Of a DNA stretch of 64,000 nt, positions 1 to 10,538 are shown one piece after another. Position 1 is the stretch's first letter; each line of letters starts with the position of its first letter. The DNA lies in NCBI RefSeq assembly GCF_006345805.1, contig NC_043014.1:25296001-25360000 (forward strand), read 5' to 3'. The DNA comes from Octopus sinensis (taxonomy: Eukaryota). The translations under genes were made by a program, and so were the position numbers. A model generated the notes under the pieces. That model saw only the letters and a list, made by a program, of their open reading frames with translations. It had not been told where the DNA came from and did no database searches.

Positions 1-131
1 GCATGGACATGCAGCCTACAAGAAACTCTCAGAATCTTTCCAGCTTGAACTGGAAAGGCAAACTGGAAACAAATTGAGAAAGAGATTCTCAAACAAAACT
101 GGCCTAAATGTCTCTCCTCACCAGACATCGA

Positions 132-249
132 CACTGTAGGATAGGGCCACTCCTTGAAAAAGATGGTACACTCACAGGAAATCTAATGAGGATAAGTGAA
201 ATACTAAATGAGCAATTCAAAAGTATTTCACTCCACTCATTTTCAAGTC
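132..249 (+). repeat. 118-bp exact direct-repeat copy of 549-666 inserted within the LINE
   Basis: CACTGTAGGATAGGGCC...CATTTTCAAGTC is identical at 132-249 and 549-666 (offset 417). Confidence 0.95.
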
Positions 250-624
250 TGTAATGCAAGCCATATGCTATAAATGTGTCCCAGAGAGAAAGGCCACTGT
301 ACACAAGAACAAAATCCCCAGAGAGAGGAATTTTCTCATGAGACGGCGTACAAAAGTTTCAAATCGCCTAAACAAACAAATTGAAAGCAGTGAAAAGTCC
401 CACCTGAAAATAAAACTGCTGGAAATTGAAAAATGTCTGCAACTCTCCCATGAAAAAGAAAAGAGCAGACAAAGAAGCCTGGGCTATAGACAACATAAAA
501 TCTAACCCCAGAGCTTTCTACAAGTTTGCCAAAGAAACAGCTACGGTGCACTGTAGGATAGGGCCACTCCTTGAAAAAGATGGTACACTCACAGGAAATC
601 TAATGAGGATAAGTGAAATACTAA

Positions 625-1959
625 ATGAGCAATTCAAAAGTATTTCACTCCACTCATTTTCAAGTCAGCAATCCAACTGACTTCTTTACCACTGCAGATA
701 TAAAATCAGAGGCAACGATGATTGATTACATCAATATAAAGGAAGACGATGTAATAAGGGCTATAGATGAAATGAACCCAAACTCAGCTACTGGCCCCGA
801 TGGATTCCCAGAAATCCTTCTAAAAGTATGTAAGAGAGTCCTAGCAAGACTACTGCAGTTCCTCTTTCAGAGCTTCCTTGCAACTGGCAAACTTCCAAGA
901 AATCTGAAGGAGGGTAAAATATACCCTATTCATAAAGGAGGTAGCAGAGCAGAGGCCAAGAACTACAGACCTATCTCTTTGACCTCACACATCAGCAAGG
1001 TCATGGAACGAATAGTCATAAGGAAACTCATTGCCTTCCTTGAAGAAAATAACTTGCTGCCCGACACCCAACATGGTTTCCGACCAGGAAGAAGCTGCCT
1101 AACTCAGCTCCTACAACACTATGACTGGATGCTGAAACAACTGCTCAACCACTCAAATGTGGAAGTGATATATCTCGACTTTGCAAAGGTCTTTGATAAA
1201 GTCGATCATGGAATGATACATCACAAACTGCATGATCTTGGCATGGTTGGAAAATTGGGAGAATGGCATCATGACTTTCTGAAGGATAGAAGTCAGGTGG
1301 TAGTAGCCAATGGGGCCACCTCCATTAACACGCAAATAGTGAGCGGTGTTCCGCAAGGCACTGTTTTGGGACCACTACTGTTCATAATGGCCCTCTCAGA
1401 CATGCTCTCAGCCATGCAGAGAGCCACAATCACAAGTTATGCAGATGATACAAAAATTTCACAGGTAATACAGAACCCTGAAGACACTATGCACCTGCAA
1501 TGTGAGCTGGACAAAATATACAAGTGGGCTGAAAAGAATAGCATGCAGTTCAATGCTGAAAAGTTTCAAGCTTTATGCTATCAGCATGCAAAACTAAATG
1601 CAATACCCAATAAATACACTGGACCCGGAGAAATTGCAATCCCAGAGGCACAATCAGTGCGAAACCTAGGTATTTGCATGAATAATGATGCAACCTTTCA
1701 TGTGCATGTTGCTAAATTGGCAATGAAATATAGGTGGCTGACCGGATGGATTCTTAGAGCTTTTAGAACAAGAGACCAAGAAACCATGATGGTCCTCTGG
1801 CGGACACCTGTTCTAAGCCACCATTGCTCTCAGCTATGGTCATCAACCAGTGTCAAATTAATCACAGAACTTGAGGCGATCCAACAAAGCTACACAAAGA
1901 AGATAGCCTCTGTGCAGCATATAAGCTATTGGGAAAGACTCAAGAGATTAAGACTCTAG
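625..1959 (+). pseudogene. Non-LTR reverse transcriptase domain (LINE ORF2 fragment, 444 aa)
   Basis: RT motifs NYRPISLTSHISKVMERIV, QHGFRPGRSCLTQLL, YLDFAKVFDKVDH, GVPQGTVLGPLLF and YADDTKI. The upstream part is frameshifted and there is a premature TAG at the end. Confidence 0.92.
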
Positions 1960-2419
1960 TCCTTAGAATGTAGGCGAGAAAGATATGCCATAATATACAT
2001 CTGGAAGATCGTGGAAGGACTTGTCCCAAACTTTGGCATCGAGAGTTACACAAATACTAGAACTGGGCACCACTACATAGTGCCAAGGACTCCAAATGTG
2101 CCGTCAAGATGTAGGACAAGATACTGAGATAGCCTGGGCTTCAGAGGTCCGTAGCTCTTCAATATCCTTCCAAAGGACCTGAGAGACCTGCATGGGATGG
2201 ATGCAGATATCTTTAAAATAAAACTGGATCTCTTCCTGTCAGGTGTCCCAGATGAACCAACTTCATGGCAGGAGGTGCAGATGAGGGCAGCTGCATCAAA
2301 CTCTCTCATGCACCAAATGTCAATTGCTAAAAAGCATTCGTGAAGTAAAATCATGTAGCAATACCGAATGGTGGTGCCCGAGCATGGCCACAGCTCATCA
2401 GCTGAAACTAGATAAAATG

Positions 2420-2433
2420 AAATGAAATATATG

Positions 2434-2472
<39 letters not shown>

Positions 2473-2551
2473 AAATATATGTATATATATATTTATTTAT
2501 ATATATACACATACATTCATATATGTGTGTGTGTGTGTATATATATATATA
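2420..2551. repeat. (TA)n/(TG)n compound microsatellite
   Basis: Directly visible dinucleotide runs. Confidence 0.95.
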
Positions 2552-2686
2552 CTGGGTCATCCCATAAATAATGCAATTTTTTTCAATTGCATGAACTAAA
2601 AGTCGGAGGATAACGGGATAAACTACCCGCATCAGTTTGCGATAAAAGCAGGCAGTAATTTTACCTTGTATTTACTCTTAACGCAA
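2552..2686 (+). mobile_element. 5' end (left TIR + 5' UTR) of mariner copy 1, separated from its transposase by inserted elements A and B
   Basis: Begins TA|CTGGGTCATCCCATAAATAATGCAATTTTTT, which is mariner-TIR-like. Ends in TTACTCTTAACGCAA(G)TTTTGAAG, a diverged duplicate of the sequence where the mariner resumes at 5447. The right TIR is not present for confirmation. Confidence 0.65.
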
Positions 2687-3785
2687 GTTTTGAAGAATTT
2701 TGTTTGTATTGCAGTTGTATTGTAGTTTAAATATTGTTGTACTGTTGTATGAATTGTTGTAGTGTTCGCTGAACACTTTGGATTTTGCTGCACTGTGTCA
2801 GTCTGGTTGTACTTTCCCTCCTCATAGAAAAATGGAAGACATCAGATTTTCAGATAGCAGCTACACTGAGGTGTCTGGTTCTGAGCAGTCGGACATTTTC
2901 ATGGACCATTAGGAAGGGATAAAAATCAAGGCTTGATAGAAGCTTCGCAGAGGTGGCAAAAATATTGGAGTTCAATATGGAAAGGAATGAGTGGAAGGAC
3001 TATTCAAAAATGATGAAAAGGGAAGGAACTAATGTGAAAGTGACAGCTCCAATGGAAATTATCATTAATAGGATGGAATGTACGGTAGTATACAAAAGAC
3101 ATTCAGTAGACACAGGAAGAATTAACAAAATAATAATGAATCAAGTGGAGAAAGCACTACTGCCAGTCTGGAAGGAAATCAAATATCTAACCAGAGGGAG
3201 TAAATTTGGAACAGTTAAAGTTTGATTTAAGGATGCAACCATAGCAAATTTGAACGCGGCAACAATCTTAAAAACTGATGAAGTGGTGATGTTGCCGATA
3301 TATCGTGGAAGGTGTGCCATAAGGGTCAATGTAGAGGGAATCCCCCAGATGTCAACGTGGCCTGGATAGCAGCTGCTGTCTTGCTCAGCAATGAGGAAGA
3401 GATAGCGGTTCTCCAGGCCACTAAGACGGAAACAAGAAACTGGAAAGTGCAATCCCTAAACATAGTGATACAGAGGCCAAAGGAAATAATAGAAGAGTTG
3501 CTGGAAACAATAGCATTTGATGGTGTAATAATGGTAGTTAAAGTAGAAGGCAGGATTGCCAAATGCTACAAGTGTGGCTAGAAAGGCCTTATTAGGGCAA
3601 ACTGCCCTCTACAAGACAAAAAGGGAAAGGAAGAACTGGCAAGAGAAAAGGAAAGTATACACCACCACCAACATCAGAAACAGAAGAAGAATGCAGAACT
3701 GATGGCAAATGGGTGACACCAAGCAAGAAAAGGAAAAGAAAAAGGAGGAAACCAGGTAAAATATTGTGGGCAATAAAAAATCAAT
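2687..3785 (+). mobile_element. Element A: ORF1-only Tx1-clade retroelement, internally deleted (~1.1 kb)
   Basis: Degraded ORF1 (2953-3225, 3312-3581) with YLTRGSKFGTV and a gag-type knuckle VEGRIAKCYKCG*KGLIRANC. No EN or RT. Ends GTGGGCAATAAAAAA. Bounded by target-motif copies at 2672-2686 and 3786-3800. Confidence 0.8.
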
Positions 3786-3800
3786 TTATTCTTAGCGCAA
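3786..3800 (+). repeat. Target-site motif copy (TTATTCTTAGCGCAA) between elements A and B
   Basis: 14/15 match to TTATTCTTAGTGCAA. Confidence 0.9.
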
Positions 3801-5446
3801 GTCATAGAGTTCGTATCGTGCTAGTGTGTTTACTGATTGTGTGAGTAGTTGACTGGCCTGTGCTGCTTTGCAGTGGTTTTCTGGTTGTGCTTTCTCTCTG
3901 CCTTGAGGAGGGTCAGCAATGTCAACAGTAAGAAACATGTTCTATTCGGACCTTAGTGGGTCCGAATTGTCCTCTTCAGAGGAAGAACTCATATGAGCAG
4001 TTGGTAGAATGGACAAGCGCTTAAGGAAGAAAAGTTTTGCAGAAGTGATAGAAGTCACAAAAAAGGAGGTGGATCTGACAAACATGCAAAAATATGAGAA
4101 AATGGCATGTAGGATAGGTGGTGACGTTAAGCTGTCACCATCACAGAAAGTATTGGAAGAAATGGATAAGAAAACAGTAATATATAAGGTGCACTCAGTG
4201 GAAGAAAGGAAAATTGAAAATGTTGAGGCAGAAATAATAGAAAAGGCATTGTGCTCCGTCTGGCAAGACATAACATATCTTGCCAGAGGAAGCAGATACG
4301 GAACATTTGTGGTTCATTTCAAGTCAGAAGGAAAAGCAAAAGAACACGCAGTAAACACAGTAAAGTTGGATAAAGTGGTCTTTCTTATCTTGGAAGAAGG
4401 ACTTCCAGGATTAGGGTGGAGGGAATCCCACCAGAAATAAATGTGGCTTGAGTTGCGGCGGCTGTTTTTCTAGGAAGTAAAGAAGAAATAGCCGTCCTCC
4501 AAGCCACGAAAACAGAAAATTCAGTATGGAAAGGCCAAACATTGGACCTGATCATACAGGGCACTGCAGAAACACTGGAAAATGTGGTGGAAACAGTGAC
4601 CATTGAAGATGTAGTGTTGAGAATGTGGATGGAGGGTAAAACCTCTCATTGCTTTAACGGTGGCCAAAAGGTCACATTAGAACACACTGCTCTCTACAGA
4701 AGCAGAGAAGTCAGGAGAAAGTTAGAAAGGAGCCGGAGGAGGTACAAGAGGAAGAAATGAGAAATGAAGAACTGTGGATGGTAGCTGAAGGAAGAAAAAA
4801 GAAGGACACAGTGAAGTAGAACCCCAAACCATACCCACACCATCCATACCCTCTCTGACCTCCCTCCCCCACAGACACCAAACCCACCTATTCCCCTCCA
4901 ACACAAAGCAAAAGAAAAAAGAAACACAAGCACACAAGGAACAACAAACTCCCCCTCCCACTGAAAATTGTTTTACGTCTATGATTGTTGAAGGTGTGGA
5001 CAAGGAACTGCTCAATAAGATAACAAAATGGAAGAATGCAAGATTTGTCCATGTCAAAGGATGGACAAACATTGATGGATGGCAGTCATGTGTTCTGGTG
5101 TCCGAAAGCCAAAAAAATGAAATATTGAAATTCAAGAGGGGTTATAAGTGTTGGAAGGTGAATTGTAAGTTAAAGACGATACCAAACAATATAAAGTACA
5201 AGGAACTGACCGAGAAATATGATATAGACATTTTAAAGTACTTGGAATTTAAAAAATAAAAGGAAGCAAGTGAGGCTGCTTGTGGTGGGGCAAGTAGCTC
5301 ATTTTCATTGTATCATTCATTTATATCATACATTTTAATTTTTAATTTTTTTAATTTTTATTATTTTTTTTCGTTTTTATATGTCCCCACATGGTTTTGT
5401 GTTGTCCCTTCTATGTTGGCCCGTTGTGGGTAATAAAAAAATCAAT
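3801..5446 (+). mobile_element. Element B: ORF1-only Tx1-clade retroelement (~1.65 kb) with conserved C-terminal ~95-aa module
   Basis: ORF1 pieces 4009-4440 (YLARGSRYGTFVVHF) and 4542-4760 (knuckle remnant HCFNGGQK/GHIRTHC), then ORF 4981-5259, a T-rich 3' UTR and GTGGGTAATAAAAAAA. No EN or RT. Confidence 0.85.
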
Positions 5447-6045
5447 TTATTCTTAGTGCAAATTTTGAAGTGTGCAGTTCGATTTCAACAATTATTTTTT
5501 CAAAGCTAAAATGAAAGTGACAAAGGAGCATATTTTGCTTTATGAGTTCAATAAATGCACCAACGCAATGGAAAGTGCGAGGAATATTAAGGCGGTATAT
5601 GGGGATCAGACAATAAGCGTAAGCTAGTGTCAATGGTGGTTCCAGAAATTCTGAGCTGGAAACTACAGCCTAGAAGACATGCCTCGTCCTGGAAGATCTG
5701 CAGAACCCGACGAGGACGTTCTGCAAACCATGGTGGAACAAAGTGTTGAGGAACTAGCAGTGAAGCTTGGATTTGGTCGTTCAATCTTTCAGCAACACCT
5801 GCATGCCATCGGAAAAGTCAGCAAATTCAATCGATGGGTTGCTCACAAACTTTCCAAGTCTAATTGCATGCAGAGAGTGAATGTGTGCTCTTCTTTGCTG
5901 TTACATCTCATGAATGAACCATTTTTGGACTGAATAGTAAATGGTGACGAGAAATACGATCTCTATGAAAATGTCAAGCACCAATGACAATGGTTAGGGA
6001 AAGGAGAAACACTAGCTCCCCAGGCTAAAGAAGGTCTTCACCAGT
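5447..6045 (+). mobile_element. Mariner copy 1, transposase N-terminal half (pseudogene), 3'-truncated
   Basis: ATG at 5511 (MKVTKEH...). HTH region EDMPRPGRS, then WVAHKL, IVNGDEKYDLYEN and PQAKEGLH. Begins with the target motif at 5447-5461. Confidence 0.9.
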
Positions 6046-7344
6046 CAAATATTGGGTCAATGCACAATCCTAAAATATATCCTAAATATGAATGGAACTA
6101 AAATAGAAAAAAAAAATTGATTTGAGGCTAAAGAATAACAAAAACAAAGAAAATCAAAATTTAGTAATACTGAAATTTTAAATTTAATTTTCTATTTATT
6201 GTTTGTAAACCAAGTGAGATATAGGTCTCTTTGAGAGTAAAAGAAATATCTTCATTTCTTAGTTTATAAATCTGCCATTGAAATATAATCACAAATGTGC
6301 TAAAATCTGTCATGTTGTTGAGTGATTGAAACAATTTATTGACTGGTTTGCCTAGAAATTTGTTTAGAAACATTCTGTCAGTTGCCAAGCAATTTTTCAA
6401 TTTATCTCATTAAAAAGTAATGCATTTGTTAGAATTATTGACTTCTGCAGAGGTTAGTTTAACCAGTAAGTTTGTAGTTTTTTTCTGTTGTTTAGTTCCA
6501 CGTCAGCCCTGACTGAAGCAGACTTTTGATCAGTAGCATTCTAGCTATAACCTTTCTTTCTTTTTTCAGATACAAACTATCTAGGAATACATTTTCTAAT
6601 AAGTCGTTCCTTTTTTAAGGGAGGTTTGTGTATTTTGAGGGCGAGTGGACTACTATTTCTAGTAGTTCGTCCAGCAAGTCTTCTGTGGTATATAAGAGAA
6701 AAGTCATTTTGGCAGAACCCTTCTCTCTTTCTAACCCAGCGCTCCAAAACCTTTTTCACTTAAAGTACACATATTCTTTTCAAAATTTGGTGGCACACCT
6801 GAACTAAAAATATTACTAAAAGTATAGGGAAAAAAATTATATTCAGGTTACACTGTGAAATACCTAGCACCGTCATGCAGCATACAGGCTGTGGAGCACT
6901 GTTCTAAGCTGTACTCATAGGAGTTGAAATCATTACTGCTAACTAATAGTATATTCGTTTATGGTACAAAGATCTCGCTTTATACAGCACCTATTTGTTC
7001 CTTTTCTGTGGTCCACATTTATTGCTACATTGATATGATCATTTGTAAGCACCAGCAGAGGCACGGGCTATGTAGTTTAGAAGTATGCTCCGTAATTATG
7101 TGGTTTCGAGTTTTTAGTTCGATTTCTCTGCATGGCACATTGGGCTGGTGTTTTCTCTTTTAGATTTGGGTGCCTTTAGCAGAGTTTATTCTGTTGCAAG
7201 CATTCAGACCAAGTCTCTAGTCCGAATGCTCGTAACTGTCTCCATTCATCCCGCCAGTCTTGGATGCCATGAAAAAGGTAATTAACGCTGTTCTTCCTCC
7301 TCTGGCTACTAAAATCAAAAAGAAAAATGTACTTAGTAAGGCTT

Positions 7345-7540
7345 CCATGACAGGTTACTAACCACTAGTCCTATGGTTTTGTACACTATCTCCTCAGCTC
7401 AGTTCTGGACCTCCAGTTCTTAATACATCAATTGATCTCATTAAATCTCACTCGTCTCTTCCAATCTTTTCTACTTCATCTCCCATATTGAGCCTAGGAT
7501 GGCTTATTTCTGGAATCCCAACCTCTTCTGTCTGTTTTCT
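7345..7540 (-). mobile_element. Possible old RTE-like LINE 3' fragment
   Basis: Minus strand gives purine-rich degenerate coding sequence resembling the G-R-x-R-x-R-[WF]...EL...W end of RTE ORFs. Heavily decayed. Confidence 0.3.
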
Positions 7541-8139
7541 TTACAGTTACTGATCATCATAAATGCAAACATTTATTGTATTAATCTTATTCGACTGTCC
7601 CTACCCTAAGAGAGCTCTTGGACAGCTATAGACATGCTATTCCTTCTGAAACTGAATCATAAATATAAAAAGAAACTAATATATCTTTAACAATGAAAAT
7701 GAACTGTACCTCTTAATAGATCACTTGGCCAAGACTGGAGACTTCGTTTAGATGTAATTCAATTACAAACTAGCCTGCAAAGTTCCGTCTCTCTTCCGGC
7801 CATTGATTTCCATCCAAAAGTACTCGTATGATTAATAAGTACAATGGCTCAAGAGAAAATCGAACATGCATTGTAGGTTCGTCTGTCTGGAACTTAGCAC
7901 AATTCTACATCACTTGTACTGATGATAGTATTAACAAAGAATGACATATTAGTATGATTAACAGTAAAAATGGATTAGAAGTTGATAGTAATATGTGGCT
8001 TTAAAGTAGGTACCTCTTTTGCCCAGTCTTTATGGATATCACACTTCTTTTAATTTTTTTATCGATATCGGTCATTGGACTGCATCCATACTAGGTCACT
8101 GTCTACAATAGCCTTACTTTATCATATCAGCTTCAGTTT

Positions 8140-8310
8140 TGACAGAATTGTTAGCAAGCCAGGTAAAATGCTAAGCGGCATTTCGGTCATCCACCGGTGC
8201 CGACTTTACCTTTCATCTTTTCGGGGTCAATAAAGTAAATACCAGTTGAACACTGGGATTGACTACAATCGATTTTCTCCCACTCTGAAATTGCTGGTCT
8301 CTCTGATTCT
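8140..8310 (+). mobile_element. tRNA-derived SINE (GGCGGCGAGCTGG family), internally deleted
   Basis: Shares GACTTT.CCTTTCATC.TTTCGGGGTC.ATAAA...ACCAGTTGAACACTGGG with the copies at 10.5-11.8 kb. Confidence 0.75.
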
Positions 8311-8489
8311 TAGTCTTTCACTGTCTGTTCGTGTGGCATTTTTTACTCATTACCTACCACTAACCCAAATATGTCCACTCACCCTACACTTCATATGTTA
8401 ACTCTCTCTTTTACTCTCCTCCTTTCTTTTTCTATACGATGTAAAGCATGGCTGGAGAATGCAACCAACCAACACTTATACCTGATCTA

Positions 8490-9719
8490 TAGGGGGAAGT
8501 TAAAAATTATCTGCACTTCACCAAAACTTTCTTTAGATTGGCTGAACTACCTTTAGTTCTCGCATGCTAAAAGGTGGTACATAACCGAGTTTGACAGATC
8601 GTAGCTTCTTTTTTCTTTTTTGCGTTACAGAGCAAACACAGTTGCTTCACTGGCAATGTGCACCAAGGAAGAACAGAGATCAGTGATTCTATTTCTCTGG
8701 TCTGAAGGTGTGTCAGAAGGTGAACTTCCTCGCAGACATTCAGTACAATACAAGGACAGCGCTCCACCATATGTATGAGTGGATCGAGTTTTAAAATAGC
8801 CGGACAAGCTGGATGCATGAAAAGGGAATATGATGTCCATCAACCATCACCACCATCATGAAGATTCAACAAGTTCAAGAGATGGTTCTGGTGAACCGGC
8901 GAATGATCATCGATGAGGTGGTATATTTTCTACAAATTAGTTATAGTTCTGCATGCAAAATAATCCATGACATGCTTTGCTTCCATAAAGTCTGTGCAGG
9001 ATGGATGCCAATAGAGCTTACCGAAGTGCACAAGTGCAATCGTGTGGAAATATGTCAATGCTTATTCGACTGCTACAACAATAAAGGTGAGAGATTTGGG
9101 TCCTTCACTTTGAGCCAGAATCCAAGTCACCCAGAATCACCAGTAAAAAAGAAATTCAAAACTCACTCATCAGCAGAATAAGTGATGCTAATCGTTTTTT
9201 GAGACACAAAAGGGCCTATAGAGGAACATTAGCAGGAAAAGGGTTCTGTCCTGCAGTTACCAGTGTAGGCTACAGTGAAATACTGGCCAACAAACTAAAA
9301 CCAGCAGTTTGCACCAAATGTCGAGGTCTACTGTCAAAGCAAGTGTTATTGTTGCACGACAATGCACGTTCGCATACAGCTGCTCACACCATTGTAACCA
9401 TTGAAAAATAGGGTTTCAAGTTGCTGGAACACCCAGTATACAGTAAAGATCTCGTCCTTTCCGACTATCACCTATCCTGACTGCTTAAACGTTCTTTATG
9501 AGGTCGTTGATTACTACTGACAAAGAAGTGCAGGAAGTAGTGCATGAATGGCTGCATGACCAGCCGAAAACTTTCTTCACTGATGGAATAAGCAAGCTTG
9601 TGGACCCCTGGAAGAAGTGCATCAAATAGCAAGGAGACTATGTCAAAAAATTATGTAATTATTCAACCCCTGTATTTGTTACTGAAACAATAATGCGTAC
9701 AATTTTTGACTTATCCTCG
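8490..9719 (+). mobile_element. Full-length degraded mariner (DD34D) transposon
   Basis: Imperfect 26-bp TIRs (17/26 match) at 8490-8515 and ~9694-9719, with TA at 8488-8489. Transposase remnants QRSVILFLWSEG, KVCAGWMPIEL, LLLHDNARSHTA and YSKDLVLSDYHL. Length ~1.23 kb. Confidence 0.9.
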
Positions 9720-9736
9720 TGTATGTGTGTGTATGT

Positions 9737-9795
<59 letters not shown>

Positions 9796-9804
9796 AATAT
9801 ATAT

Positions 9805-9985
9805 ATATTGTTTCAGTCATTTGGGGTATCGCCTTTAAGGGTTTAATCGAACAAATCGATCCCAGTGCTTATTTAAAAAAAAAACCCATACTTATTTTGC
9901 AGGTTTCTTTTTGCGGAACCAGGGATGTAAATGACACCAGTTGTCAGGTGATGGTTGGAACAAACACCCCCAACACACACTCACA
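9805..9985 (-). mobile_element. 3' half of the long tRNA-derived SINE (same family as 45083-45455)
   Basis: Reverse complement matches the TGTTTCAGTCATTTG / ATCGA.CCCAG..CTTATT / GGGA.GTAAA tail region. Confidence 0.7.
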
Positions 9986-10538
9986 AATATAGGGTGTTTG
10001 GGCTAAATTTGACAGTTTGTGTAAAATGAAAAGAAAATACAATATCTCATCCAAAAATAAAAGTTTTTTGAAATATTTTAAAAAATATTAACAAGATTAG
10101 GAGAGAACAGTTTACTCAAGGCAGTCGCTCTGAGCTTCCACCATGGCCTCAAGATGGCTCCAGAATCTGATGCATATGTTCCCTGTATCCCTGGGAAGAC
10201 CTTCGAACACCTCCTTGGATCCTTGTGGGAAATGAACTCCGAACATAAACTGCCGAAGCAAGTTACACAAAGCGTTTTTACCAACACTCTAACAGTTTTG
10301 CAAATCCCTTTCCCATTTTCTTGGTTTGTAACAGTGACATTGACCAATAAACAAACCAGTTACAAAATGTTAAAGATATCTGTTATGAATCTTGCCGTTA
10401 CTGTTGCTATTACCTGCTCTGATTTCAAAATTCTCGTTACATATTACCATTTTGTTATTCAAAGATATATTCTTAAGGAGTCTATGTGGTGAATGTACTT
10501 GAACTTAGGATTAATTTCCTTTCAGTATTTATTTCTGT

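Larger units (their letters stand above)
1..2417 (+). mobile_element. CR1/L2-group (Jockey-group) LINE, 3' ~2.4 kb, frameshifted; 5' part lies outside the window
   Basis: ORF pieces 254-505, 426-680 and 625-1959 are collinear LINE ORF2. Reading continues past the stop at 1957-1959 (SLECRRERYAIIYIWKIVEGLVP). The element ends in a short 3' UTR and (TGAAA) repeats near 2410-2427. Confidence 0.9.

Noticed and set aside
6540-6770. Strong plus-strand splice-acceptor-like tract (CTTTCTTTCTTTTTTTCAG) and a 60-aa minus-strand ORF
   Set aside because: No recognisable product and no clear donor. Such tracts are common in AT-rich DNA.
10078-10492. Overlapping ORFs of 89 aa (-) and 112 aa (+) in a unique, slightly GC-richer patch
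   Set aside because: No recognisable domain and no convincing splice-site pair; several frames are open by chance.
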